Shown here piece after piece: positions 56,497 through 64,000 of a stretch of 64,000 nucleotides of DNA (positions are counted from its first letter, which is position 1; each line of letters starts with the position of its first letter). The stretch is from an uncultured Acidobacteriaceae bacterium (GTDB lineage Bacteria > Acidobacteriota > Terriglobia > Terriglobales > Acidobacteriaceae). The DNA is taken from positions 2,882 to 66,881 of the forward strand of contig CAVPUZ010000024.1 in NCBI GenBank assembly GCA_963709055.1. The letters are read 5' to 3'. Both the position numbers and the translations under genes were made by a program. Below the pieces are notes generated by a model, which was given only the letters and a program-made list of their open reading frames with translations, was not told where the DNA came from and made no database searches.

Positions 56497-59400
56497 TGAT
56501 CAGCGACAAAACCATCGAGATTGCGATTCCGCCAATCACTGCGATGGCCAGCGGCTGGAGCATCTGCGAACCCGCCCCGATAGCAAGAGCGAGCGGAAGC
56601 ATTCCGGCAGCGGCGGCGAGCGCGGTCATCAGGATGGGACGAAGACGGCGGCGACCGGCCTGGATCATGGCGTGGTAAGCGTCAAGCCCTCCAGCACGGA
56701 ATTTCTGGTCGGCGTCGAGCAGCAGGATTCCATTCTTGGCGACGATGCCAATGACCATAATCAAGCCCATAAATGAGGCGATATTGAACGCCGTGCGGGT
56801 GATTAGCAGCGCAACAAAGACTCCGGATGTCGAAAGCACGGCCGAGGCTAGAATCGAAACCGGCGCGGCCAGGGTACGGAATTCGAACAGCAGCACGAGA
56901 AACACCAGCAAGACAGCTAGAACCAGCACCAGCAGGAGATCGTGGAACGATTTCTGCTGCTCAGCGTAAGTACCGCCGTACTCGAGGCGAATCGAGGCCG
57001 GCAGGTGGAGACTGTCCACCGTATGCTGCACGGCCTTGATCGCGCTGCCCAGATCGCGACCTTCGAGCCGGGCAGTTACCGTCACGTCGCGCTGCAGGTT
57101 CTCGCGGCGGATTTCGTTCTGGCCCGGCAGTTCGCTTACATCGGAGAGCGTACCTAGCGTCGCCGTGTGCCCGCTGGAACTGTTGAGGAGCGTGTTGCTC
57201 ATCGCCGAGAGCGAAGTGCGGTTCGCATCGGGATACCGCACCCGGATCGTATGAGGGATGTCGTTGGCGATCACGGGAGTAGCAGCCGGTTCCCCTTCGA
57301 GGATGGCGGAGGCGTCCACCGCGACTTCCTCGGGCGTAAATCCGGCGCGGGCGGCAATCGCGGGGTTGACGCGGAACACCGTCGCGGGATTGCTGAGCGT
57401 GTTGTCGATGCCGTTGAGGACATCGACAACGCCCGGAATTTTTCCGATGGCATCGGCTACCTGCGGCGCCCACTTGGACAGCACCGCCGGATCGTTCGAA
57501 AACAATTTGATCTGGACCGGTTCGGGTGCGTTGGAGAGGTCGCCGATCATGTCCTGCAACACCTGAACAAACTCGACGTCGAGGGCCGGCTCCTCCTTCT
57601 TGATTTGCGCGCGCAAATCCGAGATCACCTCATCGACCCCGCGATCACGATCGGTTCTCAATTTGATGGCGACGTCGCCGGTGTTTGCTTCCGTGACCGC
57701 CGCCAGCCCCAGCTGAAGACCAGTACGACGCGAATAGCCTTCGACTTCGGGCAGCTTACGGATCATCTCTTCTACGTGCCCGATCACGCGATTGGTCTCC
57801 GCCAGCGAGGTTCCGGGGGGCATGATGTAGTCGAGAATGAAGCCGCCTTCATCCATCTCCGGAAGCAGATCCGTTCCCAGGGCGCGGTAGCAGAAAAAGG
57901 AAGCCACCATGAGCACGCCAGCGAAGGCGGCAATCCAGCGTGGGCGATTGAAGGCGAAACGGAGGGAGCGCTCATAGAAATCAATGATCGTTCGAAAGCG
58001 CCCGCCCATGGAGGCATCTTCGGCGGCCAGCAGCCGGTCGGCCGCGCTAAGGTTTTCGCCGTTCTCGGCACTAAGGGAAGAGGGACCATCTTTTCGCGCG
58101 CCGATGAAGTACTGGCTGAGTGTAGGTGTCCAGCTTAGAGCGAGAGCCAGCGAAGTGAAAAGAGAAACGCCGACCGTGATCGCGAGCGCGCGAAAGAACA
58201 CCCCCGTCACCCCGGTCGTCGCGATGAGCGGGATGAAAACGACGATAGGCGTAACGGTGGAACCGATCAGTGGGACTGTAATCTCTTTGAGCGCGCTGCG
58301 GATTGCTTCGAGGCGATCTTGGCCGGCATCGCGGTGCAGGGCGACGTTTTCGACCACCACGATGGCGTCGTCAATCACCAGGCCAACCGCCGCCGCCAGT
58401 CCTCCAAGAGTCATGAGATTGAAGCTCTGGTTCAACAGCTTCATCATGATGAAGGTCACGACGACGGTGGCAGGAATCACCAGGACGGCAACGATCGAAG
58501 TGCCCCAGTCGCGCAGGAACAACACCATGATGAACGAGGCCAGGATTACGCCGATCAGAATCGCGTCGCGCACGCTTTTTATGGCCTGAGTGACGATTTC
58601 GGACTGATCGTAAAACGGCGCAAGCGTAATGCCCGGGGGCAGGATTTTGCGGATGCGCTCGATTTCGTCGTGAACTTCGTTGGCAACATCGAGCGTGTTG
58701 CTGTCGGGCTGGCGGCTGACGTTCAGCAGAACGGCCGGCTTGCCATTGGCGGTGACCACGGTGTAGACGGGCTTGACCGCTCGCCCGATGGCAGCAACGT
58801 CGCCGATGCGCACGGGAATTCCGGCGGGTGTGCTTTTGATGACGATCTGGCCGATCTGGCTCGCATCCGTGACTTGCCCGCTGACGAGCCCGAGATAAAG
58901 CTGGTGGTTCTGTTCAAGCAGCCCGGGTGAGTCGATGAGGTTGGTGCGGCGAACGGATTCAAGAATATCGGTGACGGTCACGCCCGTGGTCATGAGTTTG
59001 GCGGGATCGGGGGTGATCTGGAATTCGGGCTCCTGGCCGCCTTGCACGATCACTGTCGCCACACCGTTTAGGCGATTCAGGCGCGGTTTGAGGTCGTAAT
59101 TGGCCGTCGTCCAAAGGTCGGTCTGCGGGATGGTCTCCGAGGTTAGGCTGTAACCGATGATCGGAAAGCTCGCAAAGGTAAGACGATGAGTCTGAATTGT
59201 CGCGGATGCCGGCAGTTCGGTGCGGATATGCGAGAGCGCGGCGTCTACGAGCTGGAGCGTCGTCACCATGTCCGCGTGCCAGTCGAACAAGAGGTCAATT
59301 TCGGCGGAGCCTCGGCTGGTAATGGAGCGCACCTGCTGGAGGCCGGGCACGCTATTGACGGATTCTTCAATGGGACGCGTGATAGTGACCATCATCTGGT

Positions 59401-59620
59401 CGATCGGCATCACGCCGTTATCCACGCCGATGACCACACGGGGAAAGTCCGTGGTCGGAAAAACAGAAATCGGAATGGTCACGGCGAGGTAAACGCCCGC
59501 CAGGGCAAGAATAGCAATGAGAAAGATGATCGGTTTGGCGTAGCGGGTATACCAATAGCTGTTGTCGGCCGTGCCGGTGACGCGCACACGTTCAAGTAGA
59601 GTTTGCCAGGGGGAAGGCAT
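56459..59620 (-). CDS. efflux RND transporter permease subunit (AcrB/MdtB-type)
   Basis: 1053-aa intact ORF with 12-TM RND architecture. The 3' end overlaps the convergent kinase gene by 38 nt. Confidence 0.92.
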   Translation of the reverse strand: MPSPWQTLLERVRVTGTADNSYWYTRYAKPIIFLIAILALAGVYLAVTIPISVFPTTDFPRVVIGVDNGVMPIDQMMVTITRPIEESVNSVPGLQQVRSITSRGSAEIDLLFDWHADMVTTLQLVDAALSHIRTELPASATIQTHRLTFASFPIIGYSLTSETIPQTDLWTTANYDLKPRLNRLNGVATVIVQGGQEPEFQITPDPAKLMTTGVTVTDILESVRRTNLIDSPGLLEQNHQLYLGLVSGQVTDASQIGQIVIKSTPAGIPVRIGDVAAIGRAVKPVYTVVTANGKPAVLLNVSRQPDSNTLDVANEVHDEIERIRKILPPGITLAPFYDQSEIVTQAIKSVRDAILIGVILASFIMVLFLRDWGTSIVAVLVIPATVVVTFIMMKLLNQSFNLMTLGGLAAAVGLVIDDAIVVVENVALHRDAGQDRLEAIRSALKEITVPLIGSTVTPIVVFIPLIATTGVTGVFFRALAITVGVSLFTSLALALSWTPTLSQYFIGARKDGPSSLSAENGENLSAADRLLAAEDASMGGRFRTIIDFYERSLRFAFNRPRWIAAFAGVLMVASFFCYRALGTDLLPEMDEGGFILDYIMPPGTSLAETNRVIGHVEEMIRKLPEVEGYSRRTGLQLGLAAVTEANTGDVAIKLRTDRDRGVDEVISDLRAQIKKEEPALDVEFVQVLQDMIGDLSNAPEPVQIKLFSNDPAVLSKWAPQVADAIGKIPGVVDVLNGIDNTLSNPATVFRVNPAIAARAGFTPEEVAVDASAILEGEPAATPVIANDIPHTIRVRYPDANRTSLSAMSNTLLNSSSGHTATLGTLSDVSELPGQNEIRRENLQRDVTVTARLEGRDLGSAIKAVQHTVDSLHLPASIRLEYGGTYAEQQKSFHDLLLVLVLAVLLVFLVLLFEFRTLAAPVSILASAVLSTSGVFVALLITRTAFNIASFMGLIMVIGIVAKNGILLLDADQKFRAGGLDAYHAMIQAGRRRLRPILMTALAAAAGMLPLALAIGAGSQMLQPLAIAVIGGIAISMVLSLIITPAVHHYLSRG

Positions 59621-59623
59621 GGT

Positions 59624-61015
59624 TCAGTCCTTGCCCTGGGCGCTGGTTTTGCCCGCCGGCTGATCTTTGCCGCTTGGGTTGTCCTTCGGATTGTCCGAAG
59701 GTTCCCCCTTTTCGCTTGCGCCCGGTGCCGAGGCCGCGGCGATCGTGTACTTGGTTTTATCGGGGATACCGTAAGCGCCGCGAACAATCACGTTCTCGCC
59801 ACTATTCAAGCCCTTCGTGATCTGCACGCGATCGTCTTCCCGAATTCCGGTCTCAACGCTGACTTGGTGGACAAGACCGTCCTTTCCCGCCACCATGACG
59901 ACGGTTTCACCCTCGGGTGTCTTCAGCAGGGCCGCTGCGGGAATCAGGACAGCGTCTTTCACGGCGTTCCCCTCAATCTGTACATTCACCGTAGAGCCTG
60001 GCCGCAGCACACCCTTGCGATTCGCGGCTTCCACCCAGATTTCAACCGTCGTACTGTTGGCGTCGAGCGCGGGGCTGACGACCGTGACTTTGCCGTCGAT
60101 CTTGATGTCTCCGGGAGCGGTAATGGTCGCGGAATCGCCACCCTTGATGCTCGCAGCGGCCTCCTGCGGCACGTGCGCCTTTGCAATCACCGTGGATGTG
60201 TCCATGACGACCAGCAGCGGAGATCCCGCGGAGGCCATCTCGCCGGGATAGAGTGGGCGTTCAGTGACAACGCCGTCAATGGGACTGTGAATCTCGGAGT
60301 ACGAGAACTGCGCGGCTGCGCCCTCGTACTTCCCCTGAGCGGAAGAGAGCTGCCCTTTGGCTGATTTGATTTGGTCTTTCTTTCCAGCCGCTTCGAGGGC
60401 GGTCATGTGTTTTTGTGCGATTTCGTATTGCGCCTTCGCCTGGATAACCGCCACCGCCGACTGGTCGAAATCTTTGCGCGGCAAGGCTCCTTCTTTATAC
60501 AGGGCCTGGCGGCTCTCATACACCTTCTGCTCGGCTTCGTAAGCTTGCTTAGCAGTCTGCAGATCGTAATCAGCCTTCTGCCACTCTTCGGGAAGGGCCG
60601 ATGAAGTCTCGATGTTATAAGCTGCCTGGGCTTGCTCGTATGCGCCCTTGTTTTCGATTTCGGCGGCGGCAAGGTCGCGGTTCTCCAGCACAGCCAGCAA
60701 CTGGCCGCGATGCACGCGGCTGCCGCGATTGACGTAGAAGGCTTTCACCGGCGCAGAAATCTTGGGTGTAAGCGCGGCCTGGTCTTTAGGAAAAAGAATC
60801 GCCTCGACGTTGAGCACTTGCTGGATTTCGCCACGCTCGACCGGCGCGATCTGCACGGCGACGACTGGTTCCTGCACTTGTTCGCCCTTGGAGCAAGCAA
60901 CTGTCAGCAGGGATGCCGCCAGCGCCAGCGCCGTAATAAACATGCGCGATGCGTGTTCATTTTTCATTTGCCGGAAGGTGAAATCTCGTATTCGGCGTTC
61001 GATTCGGAGAATCAT
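59624..61015 (-). CDS. efflux RND periplasmic adaptor subunit (lipoprotein)
   Basis: 463-aa ORF. The ATG at 61015 lies 1 nt after the TolC-like stop. An alternative ATG at 60967 gives MKNEHASRMFITALALAASLLTVAC (lipobox). The MFP hairpin and beta-barrel regions are present, with a Pro/Gly/Lys-rich tail. Confidence 0.85.
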   Translation of the reverse strand: MILRIERRIRDFTFRQMKNEHASRMFITALALAASLLTVACSKGEQVQEPVVAVQIAPVERGEIQQVLNVEAILFPKDQAALTPKISAPVKAFYVNRGSRVHRGQLLAVLENRDLAAAEIENKGAYEQAQAAYNIETSSALPEEWQKADYDLQTAKQAYEAEQKVYESRQALYKEGALPRKDFDQSAVAVIQAKAQYEIAQKHMTALEAAGKKDQIKSAKGQLSSAQGKYEGAAAQFSYSEIHSPIDGVVTERPLYPGEMASAGSPLLVVMDTSTVIAKAHVPQEAAASIKGGDSATITAPGDIKIDGKVTVVSPALDANSTTVEIWVEAANRKGVLRPGSTVNVQIEGNAVKDAVLIPAAALLKTPEGETVVMVAGKDGLVHQVSVETGIREDDRVQITKGLNSGENVIVRGAYGIPDKTKYTIAAASAPGASEKGEPSDNPKDNPSGKDQPAGKTSAQGKD

Positions 61016-61016
61016 G

Positions 61017-62411
61017 CTAGAAGTTCCCCGTCAGCGTTTGCAAATTCGCCATCGCCCGCTGAAAGCGCAATTGACCTTCATCGAAGGCGTCGCGCGCCTG
61101 CGTGAGTGTATTCTGCGCATCCACCACTTCCAGAACGGACGATTCGCCAGCCTGGTAGCGCAGGGTGGTTAGCCGCAGGCTGTCGGAGGCAAGCTCGGCC
61201 GATTGATTCAGAGATTCAAGTTCCGCGCGGGCGGTTTCGGCTTCCTCGTAATACGAACGCATGTTGGCCAGCAACTGGCGCTGCACTGCGGTGAGCTCGA
61301 CGTGGGCCTGCCGGCGGCGCAGATCCGCCTGCTTCACCTTGCTATAGCCCGAACCCCAGCTCCAAATCGGCAGTTGCAACCCGGCAACGGCGGAGTAACC
61401 GACGTTGCGCAGGTGCTCGGGACCAGGACCACGGACGGCAAATTGGTTGGCGTCAATGCCGTAGAAGTAGTCCGCGGTAAGCGAAGGGAGCATCGCCGTC
61501 CACGCCACCTTCACCTGCTGATCGGACGCACGCAACGAAGCAAGCGCAGCGCGGACACTGGGGTTATTCTTCATCGCGGCGGTTTGCACCTCACCGAAAG
61601 CTGGCAGCGGATCGGGTAGGCGCAGGTCATCCACGACCGTGAAGTTTTCGTCAAAGTTGGGAAACAGGAGAACGGCCAGATCGAGTTGGCTCTTGTTCAT
61701 CGCGAGGCGCGCTTCCTGCAGATTGCGCTCCTGCTGCTGCGCTTGAATCTTGGCCTTGATCACGTCGGAATTGGCCACCTCACCTCCGGCCTCGAGCTTC
61801 TGGCTGATGTCGAGGAAGCGTCCGGCCTCCGCTGCCGCCTTTTGCGCCGTCGCATACTTGCGCTGCGTGACCACATAGCCGTCATAGGCTTGCACCACCG
61901 TCACCACCAAGCCGCGGGCAGCGATTTCGGATTTGGCGCGGGCCAGCGCCTCGGCTGCTTCGACCGCTCGATGCTGCGCCAGCATGCCAGGCGAGAGTGC
62001 CTGGTGGATGTTGCCTTGCGCGATGTATTCATGCTGCCCGTTATTAGCGATGAAGCGCGCGGAGGGAGGAGTAGTAAGAGTGCCCAGGCTGGTCTGCGTG
62101 TAGATGTATTGCATGTCGTAGCTGACGTTCGGCAGCAGGCCGGCCCGGCTTTGCACGACATCCTGGTGCGCGAGGCCGAGGTCCGTGACGGCAGAACGAA
62201 ACTGCGGATCGTTGGCTTGGGCGCGAACAAGGGCATCCTGCAGCGTGATCACAAGCGGCGCATTGCTCGTCTCCGCCGTATGCTCATCGCTCGTGGTCCG
62301 TGCACCAGATTTTTCCTGGGCCGCACCAGGAAACGGAAGGGCAATCCACAAGCAAAGGATCGCCCCGTAACGGATGAGCCCATGTTGCCTTCCCCACCAA
62401 AATAGTTTCAT
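61017..62411 (-). CDS. TolC-family outer-membrane efflux protein
   Basis: 464-aa ORF with a signal peptide and two OEP repeats. This is the first gene of the minus-strand tripartite efflux operon. Confidence 0.85.
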   Translation of the reverse strand: MKLFWWGRQHGLIRYGAILCLWIALPFPGAAQEKSGARTTSDEHTAETSNAPLVITLQDALVRAQANDPQFRSAVTDLGLAHQDVVQSRAGLLPNVSYDMQYIYTQTSLGTLTTPPSARFIANNGQHEYIAQGNIHQALSPGMLAQHRAVEAAEALARAKSEIAARGLVVTVVQAYDGYVVTQRKYATAQKAAAEAGRFLDISQKLEAGGEVANSDVIKAKIQAQQQERNLQEARLAMNKSQLDLAVLLFPNFDENFTVVDDLRLPDPLPAFGEVQTAAMKNNPSVRAALASLRASDQQVKVAWTAMLPSLTADYFYGIDANQFAVRGPGPEHLRNVGYSAVAGLQLPIWSWGSGYSKVKQADLRRRQAHVELTAVQRQLLANMRSYYEEAETARAELESLNQSAELASDSLRLTTLRYQAGESSVLEVVDAQNTLTQARDAFDEGQLRFQRAMANLQTLTGNF

Positions 62412-62794
62412 ACGAATTTTCCCCTATCGCGTAAAGCTTCTCGCAAGCGCTGCGGTAGCAAATCGGGGGCTGGCAACCGCCCCGAATGAGGATTTCACGT
62501 CAACCTGAAGATCATCTGAAACTCTGTCCCAATGTTGCGGCAGCTCAGCGCCGGCGGTCTTGGGTCTTCCTGATAACCGAGGAATCGCAACCTGCGCCGG
62601 ACCCGGGAGAATTCCATCAAGTAGTCGACATCAGAATCCCTGGGACGTCCGGTTCCGTGGAAGTTGGGAACCTCATTTTGGGGTCGACGAGTAGTATCGC
62701 AACTGTGACGGACTACTCTTCTTTCTTCATGTAGTTTTCATGTTGAACTCTTAGCGTTGTGGTTAAATTGCCCAGCACATCACAGGAGGATCGA

Positions 62795-63823
62795 ATGCAC
62801 TCTCGGAATATATCTGTTAGCCTTCTGATCGCGGTGGTCTCGTTCGCTCTTAGCGCCCGCGTTGCCGCCCAGAGCAATTGGGCGATCGAGAAGACGTTTC
62901 ACATTGGTGGTGACGGCGGAATGGACTATGTCACCCTGGATGCCAAAAGTCACCGACTCTACGTTCCCAGAACCACTCACACGATGGTGATCGATGCGGA
63001 TTCGGGGAAGACGATCGCCGACATCCCGGGACAAAAGCACAACCATGGTGTTGCTCTGGTTCCCGATGTCGGACGAGGGTTCATCAGCGACGGGAGCGGC
63101 GCAGTCGTCATTTTCGATCTCAAGACGAATGCTGTTCTGGGAACGATTACAGCGCAACCCGATGCTGACGGCATCATTTTCGAGAAAGCCAGCGGGCTTG
63201 TATTGGTCGTTTCCGGGGATAACGGAGTCCTGATGAGCCTCAAGCCCGACGTCGATCCCAAGACAGGATCCATCGATGCGCCCATCGACTTAGGCGGCAA
63301 ACCCGAGTTTCTCGCCTCCGATGACGCTGGCAAAGTCTATATCAATTTGGAGGACAAGAACCAGGTTGCAGTCGTTGACATCAAAGCGAGAAAAGTATTG
63401 GCCCACTGGCCTGTCGCTCCTGGAGGCTCACCCGTGGGACTATCGATCGACAAAGTGAAGCGGCGACTTTTTATTGGATGTCGAAATCCGCAGAAGCTGA
63501 TTGTGATGAGCACGGACGACGGCAAGGTGCTCGCGGCTCTGCCCATCGGTGGAGGCGTGGATGCAACGAAGTTCGACGGTCACCAGGTGTTCGCGAGCTG
63601 CCGAGACGGCAAGCTTAACATTGCGGGCGAGAGTGCGTCCGGCAAGTTCGACATCGTGCAAACAGTGACTACTCCGGTCGGGGCCAAGACAATGGACATT
63701 GACCCCGAGACGCATAGAGTGTATCTGCCCACAGCTGAATTTGAGGCACAGAAATCGGGAGCGACCGGTCGTCCGGTGGCCAAGCCCGGGACGTTTATGA
63801 TCGTTGTCGTCGGGCACCAATAA
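62795..63823 (+). CDS. secreted YncE-like / YVTN-type beta-propeller repeat protein
   Basis: The track ORF is 62759-63823. The ATG at 62795 gives a signal peptide (MHSRNISVSLLIAVVSFALSARVAAQ). Blades of about 40 aa repeat (HRLYVP...IDADSGK; GRGFISD...VVIFDLKT; GKVYINLEDKNQVAVVDIKARK; RRLFIGC...LIVMSTDDGK; HRVYLPT). Confidence 0.7.
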   Translation: MHSRNISVSLLIAVVSFALSARVAAQSNWAIEKTFHIGGDGGMDYVTLDAKSHRLYVPRTTHTMVIDADSGKTIADIPGQKHNHGVALVPDVGRGFISDGSGAVVIFDLKTNAVLGTITAQPDADGIIFEKASGLVLVVSGDNGVLMSLKPDVDPKTGSIDAPIDLGGKPEFLASDDAGKVYINLEDKNQVAVVDIKARKVLAHWPVAPGGSPVGLSIDKVKRRLFIGCRNPQKLIVMSTDDGKVLAALPIGGGVDATKFDGHQVFASCRDGKLNIAGESASGKFDIVQTVTTPVGAKTMDIDPETHRVYLPTAEFEAQKSGATGRPVAKPGTFMIVVVGHQ

Positions 63824-63898
63824 GAGACGCGACTTAGGTCGCCGACCATGCTGGCCGAAACGTCCACGACTTCAAATCGCCCCGTATGGACCGTCCCT

Positions 63899-63921
63899 AT
63901 CCGTCACGTTGATTGACGGAT
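63899..63921 (+). terminator. candidate stem-loop terminator after the beta-propeller gene
   Basis: ATCCGTCA (63899-63906), a 7-nt loop, then TGACGGAT (63914-63921), followed by the T-rich sequence ttctatcttt. Confidence 0.4.
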
Positions 63922-63966
63922 TTCTATCTTTGGGATCACGCTGAGGGCAAGTGATATGGAGGCCCG

Positions 63967-64000
63967 ATGAAGGAATTGTCTGAATCCAGACGCAAGTTTC
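63967..64000 (+). CDS. partial CDS (5' end): possible Tat-signal protein
   Basis: RBS GGAGG, then the ATG at 63967. The sequence MKELSESRRKF... runs off the window. Too short to call a function. Confidence 0.3.
   Translation, partial: MKELSESRRKF

Noticed and set aside
1-64000. Search for tRNA, rRNA, tmRNA and CRISPR arrays
   Set aside because: By eye I found no cloverleaf-compatible GTTCGAATC-type T-arms in intergenic regions, no rRNA-like conserved blocks, and no regularly spaced 25-40-nt direct repeats. The absence is by inspection only and should be confirmed with tRNAscan-SE, Infernal and a CRISPR finder.

Overview
GC-rich chromosomal segment from a diderm bacterium. The gene content (many PAS kinases, FG-GAP/choice-of-anchor-D surface protein, REP-like hairpins) is reminiscent of Acidobacteriota, but this is inference only and no search was possible. 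Left to right: a type IV pilus motor block pilB-pilT-pilC (minus strand); a frameshifted endonuclease III-like gene; a GH10 xylanase; a small low-GC islet with a DUF6338-like gene interrupted by an in-frame TAG; ntrY/ntrX-like two-component genes; an RsbW-like kinase beside a 5'-truncated IS1595 transposase remnant and an orphan membrane protein; a TonB-dependent receptor - YfiR-like - GGDEF/EAL operon; a dense signalling cluster (about nine-PAS histidine kinase, REC-HDOD, REC-HD-like, CHASE-PAS-GAF kinase) riddled with frame changes; a sugar ABC importer operon; a surface-protein locus (beta-helix protein, two tandem paralogous secreted repeat proteins of no family I recognise, a roughly 1200-aa FG-GAP + choice-of-anchor-D protein, and a membrane-PAS-LuxR regulator); a CzcCBA-type heavy-metal RND operon; a REP-like hairpin field; mtgA; a frameshifted YtrA-type GntR/ABC operon; an OmpR/heavy-metal-sensor two-component pair; a second RND tripartite efflux operon; and a YncE-like beta-propeller. 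I found no rRNA, tRNA or CRISPR array. Two window-wide themes stand out. (1) Frame disruptions are strongly clustered in paralogue-rich or repeat-rich genes, while several genes of 1000 aa or more are intact. (2) Short tandem arrays (7, 12 and 13 nt) sit exactly at gene junctions, and the 7-nt arrays carry stop triplets in all three frames. The most likely candidate for something undescribed is the 33.4-42.8 kb surface-protein locus, especially the tandem paralogues at 35.1-38.1 kb.
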